A stretch of 64,000 nucleotides of DNA from Eledone cirrhosa (GCA_964016885.1 OZ024749.1:2356001-2420000), one strand, 5' to 3'. Counted from the stretch's first letter, positions 1-14,315 are shown. The notes: generated from the sequence alone by a model not told the origin. Made by a program: numbers and translations.

Positions 1-47
<47 letters not shown>

Positions 48-49
48 GC

Positions 50-111
<62 letters not shown>

Positions 112-125
112 GTATATATATATGC

Positions 126-193
<68 letters not shown>

Positions 194-251
194 GTATATA
201 TACATATATATATATACACACATATATATATATACATATATATATATATAC

Positions 252-336
<85 letters not shown>

Positions 337-485
337 CATATATATACATACATACATACACACATATATATATACATACATACACATATATATATATATA
401 CATATATATATATACAATGATATATATATATATATACATACATATATATACATATATATATATACATACATATATATATATATAC

Positions 486-517
<32 letters not shown>

Positions 518-708
518 ATACATACATATATATATATACATATATATATATATACATACATACATCCATACATATATATATACATACATACATACATACA
601 TATATATATATACATACATACACATATATATATATATATATATATACATACATACACATATATATATATACAGACTTACATACATATATATATACATATA
701 TACACACC

Positions 709-746
<38 letters not shown>

Positions 747-762
747 TATCTATATATACATA
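1..762. repeat. (TA)n/(TACA)n/(CA)n compound microsatellite
   Basis: Direct inspection; source of the YIYI/HIYI pseudo-ORFs. Confidence 0.98.
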
Positions 763-1275
763 ACTGTCCCTGTGTCTATGAGATCGTGTGTGTGTGTAGA
801 GATACACTCACAAACACACACGATCTCTGTCTTACACATTACATTAATACATAAGCCAGATCCCCTTACATTCTCTATCTTAATAGGAAGAAACCGAGAG
901 AGCGTCTTTAAACATTTGCTAAGCAGGCGAGATACAAGCAGCAATATCTATATCATGGAAACTGTTATTAATGGTTGTAACTGTTTCCATTTAATCTATA
1001 ATACTGTAAATATGTCGGATATCAGCAATGGTTTTACTGACGCCACATACAGTCTTATAGATCCATCTACCATCGTCTATTATTTCTAGAGGCTATCATT
1101 TATATACCAGTTCCATGTATTAATGGAATTGGATAGCTGTAAAAGATGGTGTCTCCACCGACTCACGTTTCCCTACGTGGCGGCGCGAGACTTCTACGCC
1201 AGGCATTAAAACTGTTTCGGTTATTTGTCTCGTTGTCTGTTTCGCACGTTCTCATTTCCTTCTCTCTCGCTCCAC

Positions 1276-1329
<54 letters not shown>

Positions 1330-1354
1330 TAAACACACACACACGCCCGCACAC

Positions 1355-1446
<92 letters not shown>

Positions 1447-1713
1447 ATATATATATCAACGTCAGGAAATTAACGACGAAAACAAAACAAAACGAAAAAC
1501 AATTTTTAAGCAGAAACCTTAACAAATTATTTAAAAAAATATATTCAAACGAAGGACACAGAACAGCAGGTCTTCGGCCGTTGGGATGGATTTAGTCAGT
1601 TTCGACCTATACCACGTGTTACTCCTGGAGTAACACGTGGTTGTTTAGTTCTTCTTTACACCTCAATCACTCACCTTCCTATTGTTTGATTTATTCCAGA
1701 TTTATTCCAGATT

Positions 1714-1840
1714 TTACTGGTACTTTATTGTATCGGCTCCGTAAGGATAAAAGGCAAAGTTAACATCGGTAGGATTTGAACCCAGACCGTAAAGGGCCAT
1801 AACTCTATGCTACAAAGCAGGGTGTCTGACGCTCTATCGA
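1714..1840 (-). mobile_element. tRNA-derived SINE, family S1, degraded copy
   Basis: Matches other copies (tactggtacttt...aaggcaaagttaac...gatttgaac, B-box gttcaaatc on the minus strand). Confidence 0.8.
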
Positions 1841-2094
1841 ATATTAATAACTGTAATGTTAAGGTGTGACAGTGTAAGTTGCGTTGGCATAAACAGTGGC
1901 GCTCTGATAGATTAAATCGATCCATCGATCTAGCTTAGCTGCTCCAATAAACAGAAAGATAGAAGGATGGGGATAGGGGTGTACTGTGTGGGGTTGTTTG
2001 GTATGAAGACTGAGGAAGACAGACACATTTCTATAGAGACGTTCTTGGGTAGGTATTGGTGTCGGGCATACAGAGACACACTGTGAGACACACT

Positions 2095-2551
2095 AATACG
2101 CACACACACATGTTTGTGTGTGTATTCTCGTACATATGCATATATATACATACAACACCCATATATATATCCATATACACACATATCCACACACATATAT
2201 ATACACACATATATATATACCCGTATACACACATATACACATATATATATACCCATATACAAACATATATATACCCATATGCAGACATATCCACACACAC
2301 ATATATATATATACCCATATACACAGACATCCACACATATATATATATATATATATACACATATTAACACATATCCATACAGACACACACACACATATAT
2401 ATATACCCCTATACACACATATCCACACAGACATATATATATACACATATTCACACATATCCACACACACACACACACACGCATATATATATATACCCAT
2501 ATACACACATATCCACACACACATATATATATACACATATTCACACATATT

Positions 2552-2587
<36 letters not shown>

Positions 2588-2862
2588 GACCCATATGCAC
2601 ACATATACACACATATACATATATACCCATAAGCACACAAGTCCACATGTATAAACCCATATACACACATATCCACATGTATATATACCCATATACACCA
2701 TACATATATACCCATATGCACACATATCCACATATACATATATACACATATACATATATACACATATACATATATACACATATACATATATACACATATA
2801 CATATATACACATATACATATATACACATATACATATATACACATATACATATATATACATA
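2095..2862. repeat. compound (CA)/(TA)/CCCATA microsatellite
   Basis: Direct inspection. Confidence 0.95.
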
Positions 2863-3075
2863 TAGACGAAAAAGGGGGTGACTTTGATGTGTTCCAAATG
2901 AAGATTATTTTTGCATGATGCTAATGAAATCGATTAGGGCTGTGTGGGGTGGGGGATGGGAGTAGCATACGATAACATATTGGTTAGCATGCAGACTATG
3001 ATTTGCCATCATCTGTTATGGTAACCTGCCAATGCACCACAGCATGCATGAGTAACATGTAGAATTAAACCTGCA

Positions 3076-3610
3076 TACACACACACACACACACACACAA
3101 ACTCACTCACAAACTCACTCAGGCACACACACACACACAGAAACACGCACACACACTCACTCAGACACACACACACACACAGAAACACACACACACAAAC
3201 TCACTCAGACACACACACACACAGAAACACACATACCTACTCACTCAGACACACTCACAGAAACACGCACACACAAACTCACTCAGACACACACACAGAA
3301 ACACACACAGAAACTCACTCACACACACACACACACAGAAACACACACACAAACTCACTCAGACACACACACATTCACAGAAACACACACACAAACTCAC
3401 TCAGACAGACACACAGAAACACACACACAAACTCACTCAGACACACACACACACACAGAAACACACACACAAACTCACTCAGGCAGACACACACACACAC
3501 AGAAACACACACACACAAACTCACTCAGACACACACACTCACAGAAACACACACAAACTCACTCAGACACACACAAACACACACAGAAACACACACACAA
3601 ACTCACTCAG

Positions 3611-3641
<31 letters not shown>

Positions 3642-3670
3642 CACACATACATACTCACTCAGACATACCC
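3076..3670. repeat. CA-rich minisatellite (aactcactcagacacacac...agaaacacac unit)
   Basis: Recurring unit with variable (CA)n length. Confidence 0.9.
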
Positions 3671-3836
3671 ACGCACGCACCCATATATATATATATATAT
3701 GTGTGTGTATATGTATGGAAGCATGCATGAATTAATTCATGTATGCACACGCACTATGCAGATACACGTAAGACATATACAACACGCACACTTATATATA
3801 AACATGTTTATATATATATATATTTATGTTTGTGTG

Positions 3837-3882
<46 letters not shown>

Positions 3883-3892
3883 CATATATATG

Positions 3893-4203
3893 TAGGAGGT
3901 GAGTTTTATTGTAGTACAATAAAGCAATGCAGATATCGGATAAGAAGCACTCTACAGTTTGTAGGACTGGAGTATATATAATATATAAGATCAAAAGATG
4001 GCTAAATGAGTTCCATGTATTTTACTATGCGCATTTCAAAAACAAATATCATCATGTGTTTTTTTAATCTTCATATCATGTCCTCCTATTTTATCTGATG
4101 AAAACACAAATCTTATTGCATGATGATATTTGTTTTTGAAATGCGCATAATAAAATACATGGAACTCATTTAGCCATCTTTTGATCTTATATATTATATA
4201 TAT
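3893..4203 (-). mobile_element. HHR-bearing fold-back element (Penelope-like pLTR derivative) in (TA)n
   Basis: About 83-bp inverted arms 3973-4056 / 4119-4203; tail at left reads actccagt...actgtagagtgct on the minus strand. Confidence 0.75.
4087..4157 (+). ncRNA. type I hammerhead ribozyme, intact core
   Basis: Stem I tattttat/ataaaata, CTGATGA, stem II aaacacaaat..atttgttttt, GAAA-T-GCGC-A-TA (palindromic loop III, AUA cleavage site). Confidence 0.85.
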
Positions 4204-4818
4204 AAATAGATTTTGAGTATATGTTGGTTGTATACCAACACCTCAGTATGCAAGCAGGAGCACTCGACGAAGTGCGCAGGTTGGTTTGGTTACTCCGGAG
4301 TAATGTAAAATAAAGTAAAATAAATAAGTCAAATGTTTAAAATTTAGCTTCGTTTATTCAACCACCTTGTTCCTTCTACCACTTTATCAATTTGTTAAGC
4401 TAACTCCAACAATAACAACACTACCAACACAAGAATTGAGGTCAGATGTACCTAACAATAACAAGAACAACAACTACAGATTGGCTTGCCTCAGAAAGAA
4501 TTTCTATAGACTTTTGAATGAGGAATGTTCTAGCAACTGACCAATGAGAGGAGAAGAGGCCCATTGACACTGAAATTCGTTTGTTTGAATTCATATGATT
4601 CCAGTTCCTCAGTGAAATAACAACCTAACCAGGAACTGGGCATATCAGAGTATTGACACAATTATACACCTCAACAACATATGTACTTGTCTATACCACA
4701 CTAATTGGGACTGCCTGACGAGGTCACAGCCAAAGATGGCTGTCACCGAAATATATATAGCAGTAATAAACGAAGCTAAATTTTAAACATTTGACTTATT
4801 TATATTACTTTATTTTAT
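4204..4818 (-). mobile_element. HHR-bearing pLTR-like element with about 50-bp inverted repeat
   Basis: 4308-4358 is the inverse of 4765-4818; tail at left contains gtcgagtgctc on the minus strand; flanked by TA. Confidence 0.7.
4710..4764 (+). ncRNA. type I hammerhead ribozyme, intact core
   Basis: actgc CTGACGA ggtcacagcc-aaagat-ggctgtcacc GAAA T ATAT A TA gcagt. Confidence 0.9.
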
Positions 4819-4843
4819 ATATATATATATTTATGTTTGTATG

Positions 4844-4881
<38 letters not shown>

Positions 4882-4897
4882 TATATATGTATATAAA

Positions 4898-4978
<81 letters not shown>

Positions 4979-5151
4979 GTGTGTGTATGTATGTATGTAT
5001 TTATATAATCGATATCGATAACAACCGCTGCACGCAAATGTCTTATCCATGTCTTCTCCTTCCAGAACTGTATTTGTAGAAAGAATCTTTTAGTGAACTC
5101 TAAATTAGTTTCTTTCTCCCTCATTCCTAGATCTCTAAAACAGACGTACTT

Positions 5152-6045
5152 ACCACACACACATACATATATATATACATACACCACACACACACATATA
5201 TATACATACACCACACACATACATATATATATATACATACACCACACACACACATATATATACATACACCACACACATACATATGTATATATACATACAC
5301 CACACACACATATATATATACATACACCACACACACATATATATATATACATACACCACACACATACATATATATATACATACACCACACAGACATACAT
5401 ATATATATACAAACACCACACACACACATATATATATACATACACCACACACATACATATATATATACATACACCACACACATACATATATATATACATA
5501 CACCACACACACACACATACATACACATACATACACACACACAGACATACATATATATATACATACACCACACACACACATACATATATATACATACACC
5601 ACACACACACACACATACATACACATACATACACACACACAGACATACATATACATACACCCAAACCTCACACACACATACATATACATACACCCAAATA
5701 CACACATGCATACATATACATACACCCAAATACACACACATACATATACATACACCCAAACACACACACACATACATATATATACCCCCAGACACACACA
5801 TTCATATACACACACCCAGACACACACAGACATACATATACATAAACCCAAATACGCACACATACATATACACACACACAAACACACACACATACACATA
5901 AATACACCCAAACACACATACATATACACCCACACACACATACATATACACACACCCAAATACACACACATACACATAAATACACCCAAACACACATACA
6001 TATACACACACCCAAACCTACGCATGCACACATTCATAGATATAT
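5152..6045. repeat. compound CA/TA microsatellite (catacaccacacac, acccaaa units)
   Basis: Direct inspection. Confidence 0.95.
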
Positions 6046-6064
6046 ATAATAAAGGTTTCTTATA

Positions 6065-6239
6065 TAGGCACAAGGCCAGCAATCCCGGGGGAGGGGAAAG
6101 TACTTTATTTTATCGACCCCGTAAGAATGAAAGGCAAAGTTAACCGCGGTGGGATTTGAACTCAGAACGTAAAAGGCCGTAACTCTATGCCACTAAGCAT
6201 GTGGTACGGCGTCCTACCGATACTGCCAATCCACCACCA
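6065..6239 (-). mobile_element. SINE family S1
   Basis: A-box (tggcagtatcgg) and B-box (gagttcaaatccc) on the minus strand, conserved body gcctttcattcttacggggtcgataaaataaagtac. Confidence 0.85.
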
Positions 6240-6276
6240 TTACCATAATAATGCTTTCTTTCTTTCTTTATTATTT

Positions 6277-6311
<35 letters not shown>

Positions 6312-6325
6312 TTGTTTATTATTTT

Positions 6326-6950
6326 CGGTGGATTGGCAGTATCGGTAGAGGGTCGGACGCCATCTTAGGGTGGTGGATTGGCAGTATCGATAGAGGGTCG
6401 GACGCCATGTTAGGGTGGTGGAGTGGCAGTATCGGTAGAGGGTCGGACGCCATCTTAGGGTGGTGGATTGCCAGTATCGGTAGAGGGTCGGACGCCATCT
6501 TAGGGTGGTGGATTGGCAGTATCGATAGAGGGTCGGACGCCATGCTAGGGTGGTGGATTGGCAGTATCAGTAGAGGGTCGGACGCCATGTTAGGGTGGTG
6601 GATTGGCAGTATCGGTAGAGGGTCGGACGCCATGCTAGGGTGGTGGAGTGGCAGTATCAGTAGAGGGTCGGACGCCATGTTAGGGTGGTGGAGTGGCAGT
6701 ATCAGTAGAGGGTCGGACGCCATGCTAGGGTGGTGGAGTGGCAGTATCGGTAGAGGGTCGGACGCCATGCTAGGGTGGTGGAGTGGCAGTATCGGTAGAG
6801 GGTCGGACGCCATGCTTTCCATCCCTTTACGATCTGAGTTCAAATCCCGCCGAGGTTGACTTTGCCTTTCATCTTTACGGGGTCGATAAAATAAAGTACC
6901 AGTAATGTACTGGTTAATTGCTGGCCTTGTGCCTAAAGTAGAAACCATTA
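6326..6950 (+). mobile_element. SINE family S1 with tandemly amplified 5' head
   Basis: About 11 x 45-bp head units followed by the B-box and normal SINE body and tail. Confidence 0.9.
6328..6815 (+). repeat. 45-bp minisatellite (ggtggattggcagtatcggtagagggtcggacgccatgctagggt), about 11 copies
   Basis: Period 45, seen as a 15-aa repeat in the ORF track. Confidence 0.95.
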
Positions 6951-7499
6951 TTTTAATAATGCCATATAAGGCAATGGGTTTTAAAGAACAAAAATCAAAA
7001 GAAAAATGAAAAAAAGTGAATGCATAGATTAGGGAAGTCGCAATCTTTAGTGAAATCGCGACATTGTTTTAAACAAAATGGACTCTGCTTCAGGCCGGCT
7101 AATTTGTGACAGTTTTAATAATTCATAGACAGGATGTCATTATGTGTGTGTAGTGTGTGGTGTGTGTGTGTGTTTGTGTGTGCTTGTGTGGTGTGTGTGT
7201 GTTTGTGTGTGTATGTATGTAGTGGTTGGTGGTGTGTGTGTGTTGTGTGTGTATGTATGGAGTGTGTAGTGAGTGTGTGTAGTGCGTGTGTGGTTGTGCG
7301 CGTGTGTGCATGTTTTAGTGATTATGTGCGTGTGTAGTGTGTGTGTGTGTGTGTTTATTTGTGCGTGTGCTGCAGGATGAAAGTAGCAGACGGTAATTGA
7401 TATGTGACGAAGGTCGAACTGTTGATGATGTCACTACTGGAAATATTACTAGAACAATATATTCCCCCCCCCCCCCCCACACACACACAAGTGCAGAGA

Positions 7500-7750
7500 G
7501 ATCTCCAGATATAAAGCAATGCCTGTGCCGTGAAGCTTTTATAGTGATCAAAGGCACCGCACAAAGCCAGTCCCACTCTCTTAACCAAGATGATATTTAC
7601 CAAAAAGAAGAACAAGTCAACATCATTGGATACCATCAGAGTTGCAGGTGTTATATCAGAGCTTTCCTTCTCCTAGAATTCTGCCTTGACAAAGTCGTTG
7701 GCGACTAAACTGGCAACCCAACCAAGGTTTCTTGGTGAAGAGGGTGACCT
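7500..7750 (-). mobile_element. possible RTE-type LINE 5' UTR remnant
   Basis: Minus strand ctaggagaaggaaagctctgatataacacct resembles 53198-53229 and RTE 5' UTR motifs as I recall them; abuts (TACA)n. Confidence 0.35.
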
Positions 7751-8039
7751 GATATACATAGATACATACATACATACATACATACATACATACATACATA
7801 CATACATACATACATACATACATACATACATACATACATACATACTGGGCCACTATTTGCTCATCCCAATAGTGAGAGATGGGGAGAGCGGGAGAGAGGG
7901 AAGCAGTGACAGTGAGAGTTTGGTTCTTTTGTGTTCAGACCTGGTGTATATAAGAGAGAATGTGCCTGAATGCTGTTTCTTGTACAACATATATACATTC
8001 ATAGATCCTGACAGACAGACTGACAGCATTTTAGTGTCA

Positions 8040-8530
8040 CATCATATCCCTCCAACAACATCTACGAACGCCAAAGCATAGGAACCCATCTATTGAGCAA
8101 ATCTATCTACATTCGACGGATAAGATCATGAGAGTTGGGAAGGAGTTCCTTGAGAAATATTCCCTGTCTGATAATCAAAAGCTCACACCCAGGGAAATTG
8201 CTCAGCAATACCGTAATTAATCAATTGATGAAGAACTGCATTCTTATCAACAAAAAAAAAAAAAAAATCATGCATGGATATGTTGCCAGGAAGCTCCAGA
8301 GTGAGAGTAATATAGATAAGCAAAGTAGTCTATCTTGGACCAACAACCGCTATATTGGCTCCCACTTTGAAGGATACGCTTTTGCAATCCAAGAACAGGA
8401 AATCAACACGAAATACCTGATTCACAAAAGAGATAGGGATGCAGGAAAAACACCTAGATGTGATAACAAGTGCAGATTCTGCAGAATTAACATCGAGGAT
8501 GTCACCCATGTCATAATCAGCTGTCCAAAA
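8040..8530 (+). pseudogene. R4/Dong-like RLE LINE fragment (post-RT region with CCHC)
   Basis: EGYAFAIQEQEINTKY...CRFCRINIEDVTHVIISC; DNA similar to 11272-11552. Confidence 0.85.
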
Positions 8531-8669
8531 AATGTTTGTATATATTTTTATATACTATACTATACTTGAACGCTGTCACAGTTCTCCTGCCAATATATAT
8601 ACAGTATATAAAGAGATAAATAGATCGATACACACATATATATTGCTTCCCTTGTCGGAAATAACACAT

Positions 8670-9390
8670 GACCTACCCTTATTCAGTGCTTTGCTAACTC
8701 ATTCCTTATTGTAGGTCGACTTTGCTTGCCCACAGCCAAAGCTTTGATTTTAATAAGCTCCCACTTGTATCATTTTATCCTAGATTTAATAATTAACTAA
8801 TTAATTTAATTAGATAATTCTGTTGATTGGTTAATTATTTGTGTTTGTTTAATAACATCTGGTTGAGAGCTTTTATTCGGAATGTTTGAGCGGAAATATG
8901 TTTCCTTTGTTAACACTTTGAATTTACCCGCCAAAAACTGGAGGTTGCTTCTCTGTTGGAAACAACACGTGACAACGAAATGTTTGAAGGCTGTCCATTG
9001 TAGCGGTCGTATTTAGTTTGTTCACACCAGTTTGAGGCAGAACGGAATCCCTGTTGATGAAATGAATCCCCTGTTCGATTATGGGATACCACAAGCTTAC
9101 GTGTTACGTAAGTTGGATAAATGATATCGGATTCATAGAAACATATCGGACGTATTGCAGAATATCGTCCGATCTGTCCAGCTCTGTTTTTTAAACTGTT
9201 AGTTCTTTCATGACTCTGGAATTGTATGGTTAGTTTTTGCCTACAGCAATTTTCAATTTGTCAAGCTATTTAAACGTATGTTATTACTCTAAGGACCTAC
9301 CCTTATTGAGTGCTTCGCTAACTCATTCCTTATTGTAGGTCGATTTGCTTGGCCACAGCTAAAGCTTCGATTTTACTAAGCTCCCCTTCT
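8670..9390 (+). mobile_element. HHR-bearing element with about 93-bp direct terminal repeats
   Basis: 8670-8763 matches 9294-9386 (gacctacccttatt.agtgct...gtaggtcga...aagctccc), followed by (TA)n. Confidence 0.7.
9051..9181 (+). ncRNA. type I hammerhead with long stems II and III, core C3U variant
   Basis: ctg TTGATGA a-atgaatcc...ggattcat-a GAAACA-t-atcggacg...cgtccgat-c-TGTC cag. Confidence 0.7.
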
Positions 9391-9416
9391 ATATATATAT
9401 ATATATATACATACAG

Positions 9417-9495
<79 letters not shown>

Positions 9496-9498
<3 letters not shown>

Positions 9499-9606
9499 GG
9501 CATCTCGATTTCCGTCTATCAAATTAGATTCACAAGTCATCGGTTAACCAGAGGTGCTGCGCAGTTGGTCTGAACCCGGAGGTTTATATCTTCCAAGCAA
9601 ACTCCT
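9496..9606 (-). mobile_element. degraded SINE of a third family
   Basis: ttccgtctatcaaat...cacaag...gaggtgctgcgcagttggtctgaacccgga with a B-box-like ggttcagacc on the minus strand. Confidence 0.45.
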
Positions 9607-10091
9607 TTATTTCTGAATGTGGTGGAATTTAGACGGAGAGTTTAGAGTGAATGGAACAAACACCACAAATCCTCGTAATTATTGTAACCGCTAACTCTAA
9701 CGATTCTCTTTATGTACCGTCATCATAGCATGGATAAATATTCTGTTTACAATTTCAGTAATGACCGAAGAAGCAACACGTGATGTCCTGTCTATCATAT
9801 GTGAATGAACATTAACCAATTACTTAGTGAAACTCTTCCAGACAATAAAGAGTTTGATTTTTCTTTTTTCAGTTACGGGAAACTGAATAAATAAATAAAT
9901 AGGTTAAATAAAATACAATAATATAAAGAAATAAGAATTGTTATTCAATTAGTATTTTATAGAGGATCTTTGCTGGAAATTAAAACTGTCTGCTCTTAAT
10001 AGATAGTAAAATAAAAGTTTATATTTTTCTCCTCCTTCGTACTTGTCTCTTTATTTTACGCTCCGTCATGTTTTCTTTTCAATATTTCAGA

Positions 10092-10151
<60 letters not shown>

Positions 10152-10469
10152 TCTCTCTCTCTCCTTCTCTCTACCTCCCTCTCTATTCTCTCCCCCTCCC
10201 CCTTCTCTCTCCTCACTACCTTCCTCCCTTTCTCTCTCTCCCCTCTCTCTCCTCTCCCTCGGAATTCAGACGAAAAATACATAGATACATACATATATAC
10301 CCACATACATAGTTACTTACATACATACATACACACATATATACATGCATACATACAAAGAAACAAACATACATACAAACATACATACAAACATACAAAC
10401 ATACATACATAGAAACATACATATATATATATAGATACATACATACATAGAAGCCCTCCAACTTGCTAA

Positions 10470-11552
10470 AGTCCCAGACATTATTATCAGGGCCATAGAG
10501 AAGCTGTCTTCTTCTTGTGTCTAAAGTTAAAGACAGAGAGGGAGGACTCTATTTTCACTGATAAAATAAAATATCGCAGGGGTATATTTCAGGGAGACAG
10601 TCTCTCTGTGATATTATTCATCTTGTCATTAAACCCCTTGTCCTTTCTGCTCAAGAAATATGAAGGATACATCATTGGCTCACAGGAGGAAAGAAATACG
10701 AACCTAATCATAATTTCTTTGTGGATGATCTGAAACACTATACCAAGAACATGGATGGGATGAAGAAAAATCTTGACCTGGTTACAACGTTCTCAAAGGA
10801 TATAGGAATGGAGTTTGGCCAAGATAAATGTTCATACATGACTGTAAAGCGGGGAAAAACAACAACCCAATCTAGCAACATTGTCATCAATGGCCTAACT
10901 GTTTCACCGATATCTGATGAGGACTGCTACAGATACTTGGGGATAGATGAGAAATTATCCTATAATGGTATCTGTAATAAGGAACGCGTAACCAGGGAAT
11001 ACTACACCCGATTAAGAAAGATCTGGTCATCGGAAATCTCTGCGCAAAATAAAACTGGCTCACAATGTGTTTGCTGTGCCTGTTCCAACACCAACGTTTG
11101 GAATACTCAATTTGACGATAGATGAAATCCGAGCAGTTGATGTTAGAACTAGAAAAATACTAAACAACACCGGAAACCTCTACATCAACAGTGACATAGA
11201 CCGCCTTTACTTGAAACGTAAGCAGGGAGACAGAGGCCTAACATCAGTCTAGAGTGTATTTGAATGTCGCATCATATCCCTCCGACAACATCTACGAACC
11301 TCGAAGCGTATGAGCCGGTCTCTCGAGCAAGTCTATCTGCATGAAACAGATAAGATCATGAGAGTTGGGAAGGAACTCCTTGAGAGATATTCCCTGTGAT
11401 ATAATCAAAAACTCACACCCAGGAAGTTCGCTCAGCAGTATCGTAGTGAATCCATGGATGAAAAACTGCATGCTTATCAGCAAAAAAATCATCCATGGAT
11501 ATGTTGCCAGGAAGCTCCAGAGTGAGAGTAATATAGATAAAGAAAGTAGTCT
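10470..11552 (+). pseudogene. R4/Dong-like LINE reverse transcriptase fragment, frameshifted
   Basis: IKYRRGIFQGDSLSVILFILSLNPLS, (V)DDLKHY, FSKDIGMEFGQDKC, YRYLGI, SDIDRLYLKRKQGDRGL. Confidence 0.9.
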
Positions 11553-12192
11553 CAATAAAAGAGTTGTTTTGGTATTCTAGAATCCTTCATCCTGGCAAGG
11601 TGACCACTCCAATGGAGTCGTTGCTTAAGCAAAAGAGCTTCTATACTGTCAAAGATAGAGCTTTCCAAAATCTCGGCATCACTGATGTGGTGCCTCCAGT
11701 GAACGCCATGGATCCGTCTGAGACACATCTGATGGAAACACTCCAATTGCTTAAGGTGGTGCCGATATGTGACCTAGGTCTCGCAGGTATAAAGAAGAGA
11801 AGAGAGCACACATGCCTTGTACACCTTTACCTTTGTCTTCTTGCATGTCTCGTCGACCCCCGAGTCGCCTTTCTAGCTTTCCGAAAGCATCACTTGCTTT
11901 CCTAATCCTTAGTGAGATTTCACTATCAAGGTTGCTGTATCGATTGACAGTGCTTCCCAGGTAGACAAACTGATCAACCACTCCAAGTCGTTTACCATAC
12001 ACATAGATATTTGGTTCACTGTACTGCTTACCAGGGGCAGGTTGGTACATGACGACCATTTTCTTGCGACTGACAGTCAATCCTGGGGCAGTGCAAGCGT
12101 CAGAAAATGCATTCAAAATGTGCTGCATATCACTCTCTGTATGCGCTACAAGATCGTAATCATCTGCATACAAGAGGTCTCTTATGATTGAT
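11553..12192 (-). pseudogene. RTE-clade (BovB-like) LINE RT fragment
   Basis: IIRDLLYADD, VDQFVYLGS, RIRKASDAFGKL, FHQMCLRRI, RLHWSGHLARMKDSRIPKQLFY. Confidence 0.9.
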
Positions 12193-13109
12193 GTAAATAC
12201 ATACACACATACATACATACATACATTCTTGCGATTCAAGGGATGACAATTTCTTTTCATTTACAACCTTGCCACCAGGAAGGTGGCCGTTCAAAAAAAT
12301 ATACTCGAAATTAAGAGAAAGAGATAACATGCATACATACATACAAACAAACAAACAAACAAACAAATAAACATACATATTATAAAGAAACTAAGTAAGA
12401 TGACTGCTGAGGCTTGACACTTTTGTCTTCCCGATACGGATGGCTGATGAAGGTCTGTGTTTGGGTGCAGCTCAGTGGATAGTGTGTGTTTTGCTTACGA
12501 GTTGGGGCAATCAACCGACTTATTTTCAAGCACGCACGCGCGCACACGCACACACGCGCGCACACGCACACGCGCGCGCGCACACACACATTCTGTATGT
12601 ATATGTGTGTGTGTATATATATATATATAGAGAGAGAGAGAGTGTACGAATGTCAGCTAAATGTTTTCAGCGATCTTCGCCACGACGCTCTCACTCGATT
12701 GGATAACAAGCTTGGAATTGAGAATTAGTGATTAAGACGTCATTGTTTTCGTAATGCTACATCCGTTTCAAATTCCTGGTCGGATCTCGTGTCAGTGCAT
12801 CAGTCTCTCTATAATAGTAATTGAAAGTGATATATGTAGAGGATTGCGTAATATCAGCAGATATTGCGTCATCAGCAGGATGTCCAACTCAACATTTTAG
12901 ACTTTAAATCGAACACAAATATATAGAAGATTGACGTGTCGAATCTAGTAGTTAAATGCAGTCATGACACGTGCCCACTAAATAAGAGGACGGTTTCTAG
13001 GTGAGAAAAACACGTAATGGTGGGCTAGATTAAGGCATCTACAATTCCCGCTAAAAAAGAATTCGACCAGTTTCAAACATGTATACACAAGTGCTGAATT
13101 GCAATATGC

Positions 13110-13186
<77 letters not shown>

Positions 13187-13188
<2 letters not shown>

Positions 13189-13423
13189 AGAGAGTTTAAC
13201 CCCGACGGCAGAGCTCAAGCCGTTTCGACGGCTATTTCTGGACTAAATTAGAATTTTTATTTACCACGCTAAAAATTCTAATTTAGTCTCGAAAAAGCCG
13301 TCGAAACGGCTTGAGCTCTGCCGTCGGGGTTAAACCTTTTCCTATTACCCACTCTACTACTCTGAGAATTGAGTACTCTGGTGCGTTATGGTCCATCTGG
13401 TTTCTTACAACACCTCCTTCGTT
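13187..13423 (+). mobile_element. fold-back element family A (half-HHR palindrome plus tail)
   Basis: Palindrome 13187-13342 with GAAACGGC-ttgagctct-GCCGTC; tail actctactac...attgagtactctgg; TA on both sides. Confidence 0.85.
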
Positions 13424-13712
13424 ATATATATATATATAAATGGAATAGAACGAAACGAAATTTCAGTTCTCACTCTTAATACGGCACTTACTTATATACA
13501 TACATTCATACATACATATATATAGTCTTCGATGTTTCTTCTCAACCGAAATACCCAAGTCGCCGATTCCTGACTATACCAAGATTATGGTAAGGCTATT
13601 ACAATAAAAAGACACTCCACCCATGTAAATACAATGAACTAATGAATCTAGTGCGGTGTCCCTTCATAAAACTCTTAGGCAAATAAACGTGGCTACATTT
13701 CATGTATATAGA

Positions 13713-13849
<137 letters not shown>

Positions 13850-13935
13850 CACGATGGATACAGTAAAAACCTGTTAGACCATTACACCCCAGAGGAGTAC
13901 TCAATCCCTGGTGTAGTAAAGAATGGTTATATGAA
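13850..13935 (-). mobile_element. tail remnant related to family A
   Basis: Minus strand ...tactacaccagggattgagtactcctctgg...taatggtc... ending at (TA)n. Confidence 0.5.
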
Positions 13936-14315
13936 TGAGTCAGGACGCCAACGTCTAAACTCTAGCTGTTGAAACAACATGATCGCAGCCGGCGGTGTAC
14001 CGACTCTTTCATATTAGATAGATATATAGACAGAGAGATAGATATATAGAATGCTTCAGTAATGCACAGGGGTTAGTTGTATTAGCAATTATTCTCATTT
14101 TCTCATGATATATTCTTAGGAGTCTTTCAGAGTTGTGTCCAATTGTATGAAGATATATTATTGAGTTTTTAAGTATCATCTTGTTATACGTTACTTAGTC
14201 TTATCCACTCCTATCTACAGAACACTTGCCTCAGTAAACAATTCTACACACTCAGCTATGCACTTTTACTTATACACATAATTACCTATATATACACACA
14301 TTTACACACACACAC

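Noticed and set aside
6251-6948. 202-aa and 209-aa repeat proteins
   Set aside because: Translation of the 45-bp SINE-head array
12755-12885. gtttc...tcatcag, a possible minus-strand hammerhead
   Set aside because: Could not form stem I; spacing too long
13187-13423. MITE or DNA-transposon interpretation of the palindromes
   Set aside because: Asymmetric tail outside the inverted repeat, variable centres and HHR content favour a retroelement origin
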